Below the pieces are notes generated by a model, which saw nothing but the letters and a program-made list of their open reading frames with translations, made no database searches and was not told the origin of the DNA. Below are positions 54,241 to 64,000 of a stretch of 64,000 bases of DNA, one piece after another; the first letter of the stretch is position 1, and each line of letters starts with the position of its first letter. The translations under genes were made by a program, and so were the position numbers. Source of the DNA: the human T2T-CHM13v2.0 reference genome, Homo sapiens; the NCBI RefSeq assembly GCF_009914755.1, contig NC_060925.1; one strand, 5' to 3'.

Positions 54241-57200
54241 TTCTCAGTAAATTCCTTGTGTTGTGTGTATTCAACTCACAGAGTTGAACGATCCTTTACA
54301 CAGAGCAGACTTGAAACACTCTTTTTGTGGAATTTGCAAGTGGAGATTTCAGCCGCTTTGAGGTCAATGGCAGAAAAGGAAATATCTTCGTATAAAGACT
54401 AGACAGAATCATTCCCACAAACTGCGTTGTGATGTGTTCGTTCAACTCACAGAGTTTAACCTTTCTGTTCATAGAGCAGTTAGGAAACACTCTGTTTGTA
54501 AAGTCTGTAAGTGGATATTCTGACATCTTGTGGCCTTCGTTGGAAACGGGATTTCTTCATATTCTGCTAGACAGAAGAATTCTCAGTAACTTCCTTGTGT
54601 TGTGTGTATTCAACTCACAGAGTTGAACGATCCTTTACACAGAGCAGACTTGAAACACTCTTTTTGTGGAATTTGCAAGTGGAGATTTCAGCCGCTTTGA
54701 GGTCAATGGTAGAAAAGGAAATATCTTCGTATAAAGACTAGACAGAATGATTCTCAGAAACTCCTTTGTGATGTGTGCGTTCAACTCACAGAGTTTAACC
54801 TTTCTTTTCATAGAGCAGTTAGGAAACACTCTGTTTGTAAAGTCTGCAAGTGGATATTCAGACCTCCTTGAGGCCTTCGTTGGAAACGGGATTTCTTCAT
54901 ATTCTGCTAGACAGAAGAATTCTCAGTAACTTCCTTGTGTTGTGTGTATTCAACTCACAGAGTTGAACGATCCTTTACAGAGAGCAGACTTGAAACACTC
55001 TTTTTGTGGAATTTGCAAGTGGAGATTTCAGCCGCTTTGAGGTCAATGGTAGAAAAGAAAATATCTTCGTAGAAAAACTAGACAGAATGATTCTCAGAAA
55101 CTCCTTTGTGATGTGTGTGTTCAACTCACAGAGTTTAACCTTTCTTTTCATACAGCAGTTAGTAAACACTCTGTTTATAAAGTCTGCATGTGGATATTCA
55201 GAACCCTTTGAGGCCTTCGTTGGAAACGGGATTTCTTCATATTATGCTAGACAGAATAATTCTCAGTAACTTCCTTGTGTTGGGTGTATTCAACTCACAG
55301 AGTTGAACGATCCTTTACAGAGAGCAGTCTTGAAACACTCTTTTTGTGGAATTTGCAAGTGGAGATTTCAGCCGCTTTGAGGTCAATGGTAGAATAGGAA
55401 ATATCTTCCTATAGAAACTAGACAGAATGATTCTCAGAAACTCCTTTGTGATGTGTGTGTTCAACTCACAGAGTTTAACCTTTCTTTTCATAGAGCAGTT
55501 AGTAAACACTCTGTTTATAAAGTCTGCAAGTGGATATTCAGACCCCTTTGAGGCCTTCGTTGGAAACGGGATTTCTTCATATTATGCTAGACAGAAGAAT
55601 TCTCAGTAACTTCCTTGTGTTGTGTGTATTCAACTGACAGAGTTGAACTTTCATTTAGAGAGAGCAGATTTGAAACACTGTTTTTGTGGAATTTGCAAGT
55701 GGAGATTTCAAGCGCTTTGGGGCCAAAGGCAGAAAAGGAAATATCTTCGTATAAAAACAAGACAGAATCATTCTCAGAAACTGCTGCGTGATGTGTGCGT
55801 TCAACTCTCAGAGTTTAACTTTTCATTTCATTCAGCGGTTTGGAAACCCTCTGTTTGTAAAGTCTGCACGTGGATATTTTGACCACTTAGAGGCCTTCGT
55901 TGGAAACGGGTTTTTTGCATGTAAGGCTAGACAGAAGAATTCCCAGTAACTTCCTTGTGTTGTGTGCATTCAACTCACAGAGTTGAACGTTCCCTTAGAC
56001 AGAGCAGATTTGAAACACTCTATTTGTGCAATTTGCAAGTGTAGATTTCAAGCGCTTTAAGGTCAATGGCAGAAAAGGAAATATCTTCATTTCAAAACTA
56101 GACAGAATCATTCCCACAAACTGCGTTGTGATGTGTTCGTTCAACTCACAGAGTTTAACCTTTCTGTTCATAGAGCCGTTAGGAAACACTCTGTAAAGTC
56201 TGTAAGTGGATATTCTGACATCTTGTGGCCTTCGTTGGAAACGGGATTTCTTCATATTCTGCTAGACAGAAGAATTCTCAGTAACTTCCTTGTGTTGTGT
56301 GTATTCAACTCACAGAGTTGAACGATCCTTTACACAGAGTAGACTTGAAACACTCTTTTTGTGGAATTTGTAAGTGGAGATTTCAGCCGCTTTGAGGTCA
56401 ATGGTAGAAAAGGAAATATCTTCGTATAAAGACTAGACAGAATGATTCTCAGAAACTCCTTTGTGATGTGTGCGTTCAACTCACAGAGTTTAACTTTTCT
56501 TTTCATAGAGCAGTTAGGAAACACTCTGTTTCTAAAGTCTGCAAGTGGATATTCAGACCTCTTTCAGGCCTTCGTTGGAAACGGGATTTCTTCATATTAT
56601 GCTAGACAGAATAATTCTCAGTAACTTCCTTGTGTTGTGTGTATTCAACTCACAGAGTTGAACGATCCTTTACAGAGAGCAGATTGAAACACTCTTTTTG
56701 TGGAATTTGCAAGTGGAGATTTCAGCCGCTTTGAGGTCAATGGTAGAATAGGAAATATCTTCCTATAGAAAATAGACAGAATGATTCTCAGAAACTCCTT
56801 TGTGATGTGTGCGTTCAACTCACAGAGTTTAACCTTTCTTTTCATAGAGCAGTTAGGAAACACTCTGTTTGTAAAGTCTGCAAGTGGATATTCAGACCTC
56901 TTTGAGGCCTTCGTTGGAAACGGGATTTCTTCATATTCTGCTAGACAGAAGAATTCTCAGTAACTTCCTTGTGTTGTGTGTATTCAACTCACAGAGTTGA
57001 ACTTTCATTTAGATAGAGCAGATTTGAAACACTGTTTTTGTGGAATTTGCAAGTGGAGATTTCAAGCGCTTTGGGGCCAAAGGCAGAAAAGGAAATATCT
57101 TCGTATAAAAACTAGACAGAATCATTCTCAGAAACTGCTGCGTGATGTGTGCGTTCAACTCTCAGAGTTTAACTTTTCTTTTCATTCAGCGGTTTGGAAA

Positions 57201-60200
57201 CACTCTGTTTGTAAAGTCTGCACGTGGATATTTTGACCACTTGGAGGCCTTCGTTGGAAACGGTTTTTTTGCATGTAAGGCTAGACAGAAGAATTCCCAG
57301 TAACTTCCTTGTGTTGTGTGCATTCAACTCACAGAGTTGAACGTTCCCTTAGACAGAGCAGATTTGAAACACTCTATTTGTGCAATTTGCAAGTGTAGAT
57401 TTCAAGCGCTTTAAGGTCAATGGCAGAAAAGGAAATATCTTCGTTTCAAAACTAGACAGAATCATTCCCACAAACTGCGTTGTGATGTGTTCGTTCAACT
57501 CACAGAGTTTAACCTTTCTGTTCATAGAGCAGTTAGCAAACACTCTGTTTGTAAAGTCTGTAAGTGGATATTCTGACATCTTGTGGCCTTCGTTGGAAAC
57601 GGGATTTCTTCATATTCTGCTAGACAGAAGAATTCTCAGTAACTTCCTCGTGTTGTGTGTATTCAACTCACAGAGTTGAACGATCCTTTACACAGAGCAG
57701 ACTTGAAACACTCTTTTTGTGGAATTTGCAAGTGGAGATTTCAGCCGCTTTGAGGTCAATGGTAGAAAAGGAAATATCTTCGTATAAAGACTAGACAGAA
57801 TGATTCTCAGAAACTCCTTTGTGATGTGTGCGTTCAACTCACAGAGTTTAACCTTTCTTTTCATAGAGCAGTTAGGAAACACTCTGTTTGTAAAGTCTGC
57901 AAGTGGATATTCAGACCTCCTTGAGGCCTTCTTTGGAAACGGGATTTCTTCATATTCTGCTAGGCAGAAGAATTCTCAGTAACTTCCTTGTGTTGTGTGT
58001 ATTCAACTCACAGAGTTGAACGATCCTTTACCCAGAGCAGACTTGAAACACTCTTTTTGTGGAATTTGCAAGTGGAGATTTCAGCCGCTTTGAGGTCAAC
58101 GGTAGAAAAGGAAATATCTTCGTATAAAGACTAGACAGAATGATTCTCAGAAACTCCTTTGTGATGTGTGCGTTCAACTCACAGAGTTTAACTTTCCTTT
58201 TCATACAGCAGTTAGGAAACACTCTGTTTGTAAAGTCTGCAAGTGGATATTCAGACCACCTTGAGGCCTTCTTTGGAAACGGGATTTCTTCATATTCTGA
58301 TAGACAGAAGAATTCTCAGTAACTTCCTTGTTTTGTGTGTATTCAACTCACAGAGTTGAACGATCCTTTACACAGAGCAGACTTGAAACACTCTTTTTGT
58401 AGAATTTGCAAGTGGAGATTTCAGCCGCTTTGAGGTCAATAGTGGAAAAGGAAATATCTTCGTAGAAAAACTAGACAGAATGATTCTCAGAAACTCCTTT
58501 GTGATGTGTGTGTTCAACTCACAGAGTTTAACCTTTCTTTTCATAGAGCAGTTAGTAAACACTCTGTTTGTAAAGTCTGAAAGTGGATATTCAGACCCCT
58601 TTGAGGCCTTCGTTGGAAACGGGATTTCTTCATATTATGCTAGACAGAATAATTCTCAGTAACTTCCTTGTGTTGTGTGTATTCAACTCACAGAGTTGAA
58701 CGATCCTTTACAGAGAGCAGACTTGAAACACTCTTTTTGTGGAATTTGCAAGTGGAGATTTCAGCCGCTTTGAGGTCAATGGTAGAATAGGAAATATCTT
58801 CCTATAGAAACTAGACAAAATCATTCTCATAAACTCCTTTGTGATGTGTGCGTTCAACTCACAGAGTTTAACCTTTCTTTTCATAGAGCAGTTAGGAAAC
58901 ACTCTGTTTGTAAAGTCTGCAAGTGGATATTCAGACCCCTTTGAGGCCTTCGTTGGAAACGGGATTTCTTCATATTCTGCTAGACAGAAGAATTCTCAGT
59001 AACTTCCTTGTGTTGTGTGTATTCAACTGACAGAGTTGAACTTTCATTTAGAGAGAGCAGATTTGAAACACTGTTTTTGTGGAATTTGCAAGTGGAGATT
59101 TCAAGCGCTTTGGGGCCAAAGGCAGAAAAGGAAATATCTTCGTATAAAAACTAGACAGAATCATTCTCAGAAACTGCTGCATGATGTGTGCGTTCAACTC
59201 TCAGAGTTTAGCTTTTCTTTTCATTCAGCGGTTTGGAAACACTCTGTTTGTAAAGTCTGCACGTGGATATTTTGACCACTTAGAGGCCTTCGTTGGAAAC
59301 GGGTTTTTTGCATGTAAGGCTAGACAGAAGAATTCCCAGTAACTTCCTTGTGTTGTGTGCATTCCACTCACAGAGTTGAACGTTCCTTTAGACAGAGCAG
59401 ATTTGAAACACTCTATTTGTGCAATTTGCAAGTGTAGATTTCAAGCGCTTTAAGGTCAATGGCAGAAAAGGAAATATCTTCGTTTCAAAACTAGACAGAA
59501 TCATTCCCACAAACTGCGTTGTGATGTGTTCGTTCAACTCACAGAGTTTAACCTTTCTGTTCATAGAGCAGTTAGGAAACACTCTGTTTGTAAAGTCTGT
59601 AAGTGGATATTCTGACATTTTGTGGCCTTCGTTGGAAATGGGATTTCTTCATATTCTCCTAGACAGAAGAATTCTCAGTAACTTCCTTGTGTTGTGTGTA
59701 TTCAACTAACAGAGTTGAACGATCCTTTACACAGAGCAGACTTGAAACACTCTTTTTGTGGAATTTGCAAGTGGAGATTTCAGCCGCTTTGAGGTCAATG
59801 GTAGAAAAGGAAATATCTTCGTATAAAGACTAGACAGAATGATTCTCAGAAACTCCTTTGTGATGTGTGCGTTCAACTCACAGAGTTTAACCTTTCTTTT
59901 CATAGAGCAGTTAGCAAACACTCTGTTTGTAAAGTCTGCAAGTGGATATTCAGACCTCCTTGAGGCCTTCGTTGGAAACGGGATTTCTTCATATTCTGCT
60001 AGACAGAAGAATTCTCACTAACTTCCTTGTGTTGTGTGTATTCAACTCACAGAGTTGAACGATCCTTTACCCAGAGCAGACTTGAAACACTCTTTTTGTG
60101 GAATTTGCAAGTGGAGATTTCAGCCGCTTTGAGGTCAATGGTAGAAAAGGAAATATCTTCGTATAAAGACTAGACAGAATGATTCTCAGAAACTCCTTTG

Positions 60201-61709
60201 TGATGTGTGCGTTCAACTCACAGAGTTTAACTTTTCTTTTCATAGAGCAGTTAGGAAACACTCTGTTTGTAAAGTCTGCAAGTGGATATTCAGACCTCTT
60301 TGAAGCCTTCGTTGGAAACGGGATTTCTTCATATTCTGTTACACAGAAGAATTCTCAGTAACTTCCTTGTGTTGTGTGTATTCAACTCACAGAGTTGAAC
60401 GATCCTTTACGGAGAGCAGACTTGAAACACTCTTTTTGTGGAATTTGGAAGTGGAGATTTCAGCCGCTTTGAGGTCAAAGGTAGAATAGGAAATATCTTC
60501 CTACAGAAAATAGACAGAATGATTCTCAGAAACTCCTTTGTGATGTGTGCGTTCAACTCACAGAGTTTAACCTTTCTTTTCATAGAGCAGTTAGGAAACA
60601 CTCTGTTTGTAAAGTCTGCAAGTGGATATTCAGACCTCTTTGAGGCCTTCGTTGGAAACGGGATTTCTTCATATTCTGCTACACAGAAGAATTCTCAGTA
60701 ACTTCCTTGTGTTGTGTGTATTCAACTCACAGAGTTGAACGATCCTTTACACAGAGCAGTCTTGAAACACTCTTTTTGTGGAATTTGCAAGTGGAGATTT
60801 CAGCCGCTTTGAGGTCAATAGTAGAAACGGAAATATCTTCGTAGAAAAACTAGACAGAATGATTCTCAGAAACCCCTTTGTGATGTGTGTGTTCAACTCA
60901 CAGAGGTTAACCTTTCTTTTCATAGAGCAGTTAGTAAACACTCAGTTTATAAAGTCTGCAAGTGGATATTCAGACCCCTTGGAGGCCTTCGTTGGAAACG
61001 GGATTTCTTCATATTATGCTAGACAGAAGAATTCTCAGTAACTTCCTTGTGTTGTGTGTATTCAACTGACAGAGTTGAACTTTCATTTAGAGAGAGCAGA
61101 TTTGAAACACTGTTTTTGTGGAATTTGCAAGTGGAGATTTCAAGCGCTTTGGGGTCAAAGGCAGAAAAGGAAATATCTTTGTATGAAAACTAGACAGAAT
61201 CATTCTCAGAAGCTGCTGCGTGATGTGTGCGTTCAACTCTCAGAGTTTAACTTTTCTTTTCATTCAGCGGTTTGGAAACACTCTGTTTGTGAAGTCTGCA
61301 CGTGGATATTTTGACCACTTAGAGGCCTTCGTTGGAAACGGGTTTTTTGCATGTAAGGCTAGACAGAAGAATTCCCAGTAACTTCCTTGTGTTGTGTGCA
61401 TTCAACTCACAGAGTTGAACGTTCCCTTAGACAGAGCAGATTTGAAACACTCTATTTGTGCAATTTGCAAGTGTAGATTTCAAGTGCTTTCAGGTCAATG
61501 GCAGAAAAGGAAATATCTTCGTTTCAAAACTAGACAGAATCATTCCCACAAACTGCGTTGTGATGTGTTCGTTCAACTCACAGAGTTTAACCTTTCTGTT
61601 CATAGAGCAGTTAGGAAACACTCTGTTTGTAAAGTCTGTAAGTGGATATTCTGACATCTTGTGGCCTTCGTTGGAAACGGGATTTCTTCATATTCTGCTA
61701 GACAGAAGA

Positions 61710-64000
61710 ATTCTCAGTAACTTCCTTGTGTTGTGTGTATTCAACTCAAAGAGTTGCACGATCATTTACACAGAGCAGACTTGAAACACTCTTTTTGTGG
61801 AATTTGCAAGTGGAGATTTCAGCCGCTTTGAGCTCAATGGTAGAATAGGAAATATCTTCCTATAGAAACTAGACAGAATGATTCTCATAAACTCCTTTGT
61901 GATGTGTGCGTTCAACTCACAGAGTTTAACCTTTCTTTTCATAGAGCAGTTAGGAAACACTCTGTTTGTAAAGTATGCAAGTGGATATTCAGACCTGCTT
62001 GAGGCCTTCGTTGGAAACGGGATTTCTTCATATTATGCTAGACAGAATAATTCTCAGTAACTTCCTTGTGTTGTGTGTATTCAACTCACAGAGTTGAACG
62101 ACGCTTTACAGAGAGCAGACTTGAAACACTCTTTTTGTGGAATTTGCAAGTGGAGATTTCAGCCGCTTGAGGTCAATGGTAGAAAAGGAAACTATCTTCG
62201 TATAAAGACTAGACAGAATGATTCTCAGAAAATCCTTTGTGATGTGTGCGTTCAACTCACAGAGTTTAACTTTTCTTTTCATAGAGCAGTTAGGAAACAC
62301 TCTGTTTGTAAAGTCTGCAAGTGGATATTCAGACCTCTTTGAGGCCTTCGTTGGAAACGGGATTTCTTCATATTATGCTAGACAGAAGAATTCTCAGTAA
62401 CTTCCTTGTGTTGTGTGTATTCAACTCACAGAGTTGAACGATCCTTTACACAGAGCAGAGTTGAAACACTCTTTTTGTGGAATTTGCAAGTGGAGATTTC
62501 AGCCGCTTTGAGCTCAATGGTAGAATAGGAAATATCTTCCTATAGAAAATAGACAGAATGATTCTCATAAACTCCTTTGTGATGTGTGCGTTCAACTCAC
62601 AGAGTTTAACCTTTCTTTTCATAGAGCAGTTAGGAAACACTCTGTTTGTAAAGTATGCAAGTGGATATTCAGACCTGCTTGAGGCCTTCGTTGGAAACGG
62701 GATTTCTTCATATTATGCTAGACAGAATAATTCTCAGTAACTTCCTTGTGTTGTGTGTATTCAACTCACAGAGTTGAACGACGCTTTACAGAGAGCAGAC
62801 TTGAAACACTCTTTTTGTGGAATTTGCAAGTGGAGATTTCAGCCGCTTGAGGTCAATGGTAGAACAGGAAACTATCTTCGTATAAAGACTAGACAGAATG
62901 ATTCTCAGAAAATCCTTTGTGATGTGTGCGTTCAACTCACAGAGTTTAACATTTCTTTTCATAGAGCAGTTAGGAAACACTCTGTTTGTAAAGTCTGCAA
63001 GTGGATATTCAGACCTCTTTGAGGCCTTCGTTGGAAACGGGATTTCTTCATATTCTGCTAGACAGAAGAATTCTCAGTAACTTCCTTGTGTTGTGTGTAT
63101 TCAACTCACAGAGTTGAACGATCCTTTACACAGAGCAGTCTTGAAACGCTCTTTTTGTGGAATTTGCAAGTGGAGATTTCAGCCGCTTTGAGGTCAATAG
63201 TAGAAAAGGAAATATCTTCGTAGAAAAACTAGACAGAATGATTCTCATAAACTCCTTTGTGATGTGTGCGTTCAACTCACAGAGTTTAACCTTTCTTTTC
63301 ATAGAGCAGTTAGGAAACACTCTGTTTGTAAAGTATGCAAGTGGATATTCAGACCTGCTTGAGGCCTTCGTTGGAAACGGGATTTCTTCATATTATGCTA
63401 GACAGAATAATTCTCAGTAACTTCCTTGTGTTGTGTGTATTCAACTCACAGAGTTGAACGACGCTTTACAGAGAGCAGACTTGAAACACTCTTTTTGTGG
63501 AATTTGCAAGTGGAGATTTCAGCCGCTTGAGGTCAATGGTAGAAAAGGAAACTATCTTCGTATAAAGACTAGACAGAATGATTCTCAGAAAATCCTTTGT
63601 GATGTGTGCGTTCAACTCACAGAGTTTAACCTTTCTTTTCATAGAGCAGTTAGGAAACACTCTGTTTGTAAAGTCTGCAAGTGGATATTCAGACCTCTTT
63701 GAGGCCTTCGTTGGAAACGGGATTTCTTCATATTCTGCTAGACAGAAGAATTCTCAGTAACTTCCTTGTGTTGTGTGTATTCAACTCAAAGAGTTGCACG
63801 ATCATTTACACAGAGCAGACTTGAAACACTCTTTTTGTGGAATTTGCAAGTGGAGATTTCAGCCGCTTTGAGCTCAATGGTAGAATAGGAAATATCTTCC
63901 TATAGAAACTAGACAGAATGATTCTCATAAACTCCTTTGTGATGTGTGCGTTCAACTCACAGAGTTTAACCTTTCTTTTCATAGAGCAGTTAGGAAACAC
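61710..64000 (+). repeat. Local 680-bp (4-monomer) tandem repeat, three copies plus a partial fourth, no A/B dimers
   Basis: ORFs 62073, 62753 and 63433 at +680. Shared 'ctcataaac', 'aagtatgcaag', 'cctgcttgagg', 'gaacgacgc', 'ccgcttgagg', 'ggaaactatc'. Confidence 0.9.

Larger units (their letters stand above)
1..64000 (+). repeat. Alpha-satellite (alphoid) centromeric tandem array, ~170-bp monomers arranged as ~340-bp dimers, one orientation throughout
   Basis: Continuous 339-341 bp periodicity (e.g. near-identical ORFs at 56, 396; CENP-B boxes at 184, 524, 864). Typical alphoid motifs 'cattctcagaaact', 'ttcaactcacagagttgaac', 'gaaacactctttttgt' recur throughout. No non-alphoid sequence seen. 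Confidence 0.99.
1..64000 (+). repeat. Suprachromosomal family 1 (J1/J2 dimeric) higher-order repeat, most likely D1Z7/D5Z2/D19Z3 (S1C1/5/19H1L) with 6-mer and expanded-dimer variants
   Basis: 340-bp EcoRI dimer (gaattc at 226, 566, 906...), a CENP-B box in every second monomer, near-identical generic dimers interspersed with a 1019-1020 bp three-dimer unit (e.g. 9087->10106, 14856->15875). Family assignment is from recalled knowledge of SF1 arrays, not from a search. Confidence 0.85.

Noticed and set aside
1-64000. Hundreds of 60-111 aa ORFs on both strands (MILRNSFVMCAF..., MFPNCSMKRKVK..., MCIQLTELNFH...)
   Set aside because: They recur with the 340-bp period, often start at non-ATG codons, overlap on opposite strands, and are freely broken by stops and frameshifts between copies. 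They are translations of satellite DNA, useful only as variant markers.
1-64000. CRISPR-like array (regular repeats with a palindromic element)
   Set aside because: There are no unique spacers and no cas genes; the entire unit is repeated.
1-64000. Transposon insertion (L1/Alu), inversion or non-satellite island
   Set aside because: The dimer phase continues unbroken on one strand, and no poly-A tail, target-site duplication or foreign sequence was seen.
1-64000. Assignment to a specific chromosome (1, 5 or 19) or to the active kinetochore (CDR) site
   Set aside because: The three arrays are nearly identical and the kinetochore position is epigenetic. This needs alignment and methylation/CENP-A data.

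Overview
The whole 64 kb window is one uninterrupted, single-orientation array of primate (almost certainly human) centromeric alpha-satellite: about 188 dimers of ~340 bp, or ~376 monomers of ~170 bp. Each dimer has one monomer with a CENP-B box (CTTCGTTGGAAACGGGA) and one with the pJalpha/A-box-like sequence at the equivalent position. It usually also has one EcoRI site. This matches suprachromosomal family 1, most likely the D1Z7/D5Z2/D19Z3 (S1C1/5/19H1L) array; the chromosome cannot be fixed by eye. I see no genes, RNA genes, transposons, inversions or CRISPR arrays, and every ORF in the track is a by-product of the repeat. I did not find a novel gene system. The interest lies in array architecture. 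Four dimer classes can be told apart (my labels: A = 'ggggccaaaggcag', B = 'gttcccttagac', 339 bp, D = 'tagtaaac..tttataaag..acccctttg', C = generic). They form units of very variable length (3-13 dimers). Other observations: nested recent duplications (340, 680, 2035-2039, 3394, 5098, 5778, 13254 bp), hybrid dimers, a recurrent 4-bp deletion site, a propagated run of three broken CENP-B boxes, and a nascent 680-bp repeat at the right end. All comparisons were made by eye and from ORF-track offsets, so breakpoints are approximate.
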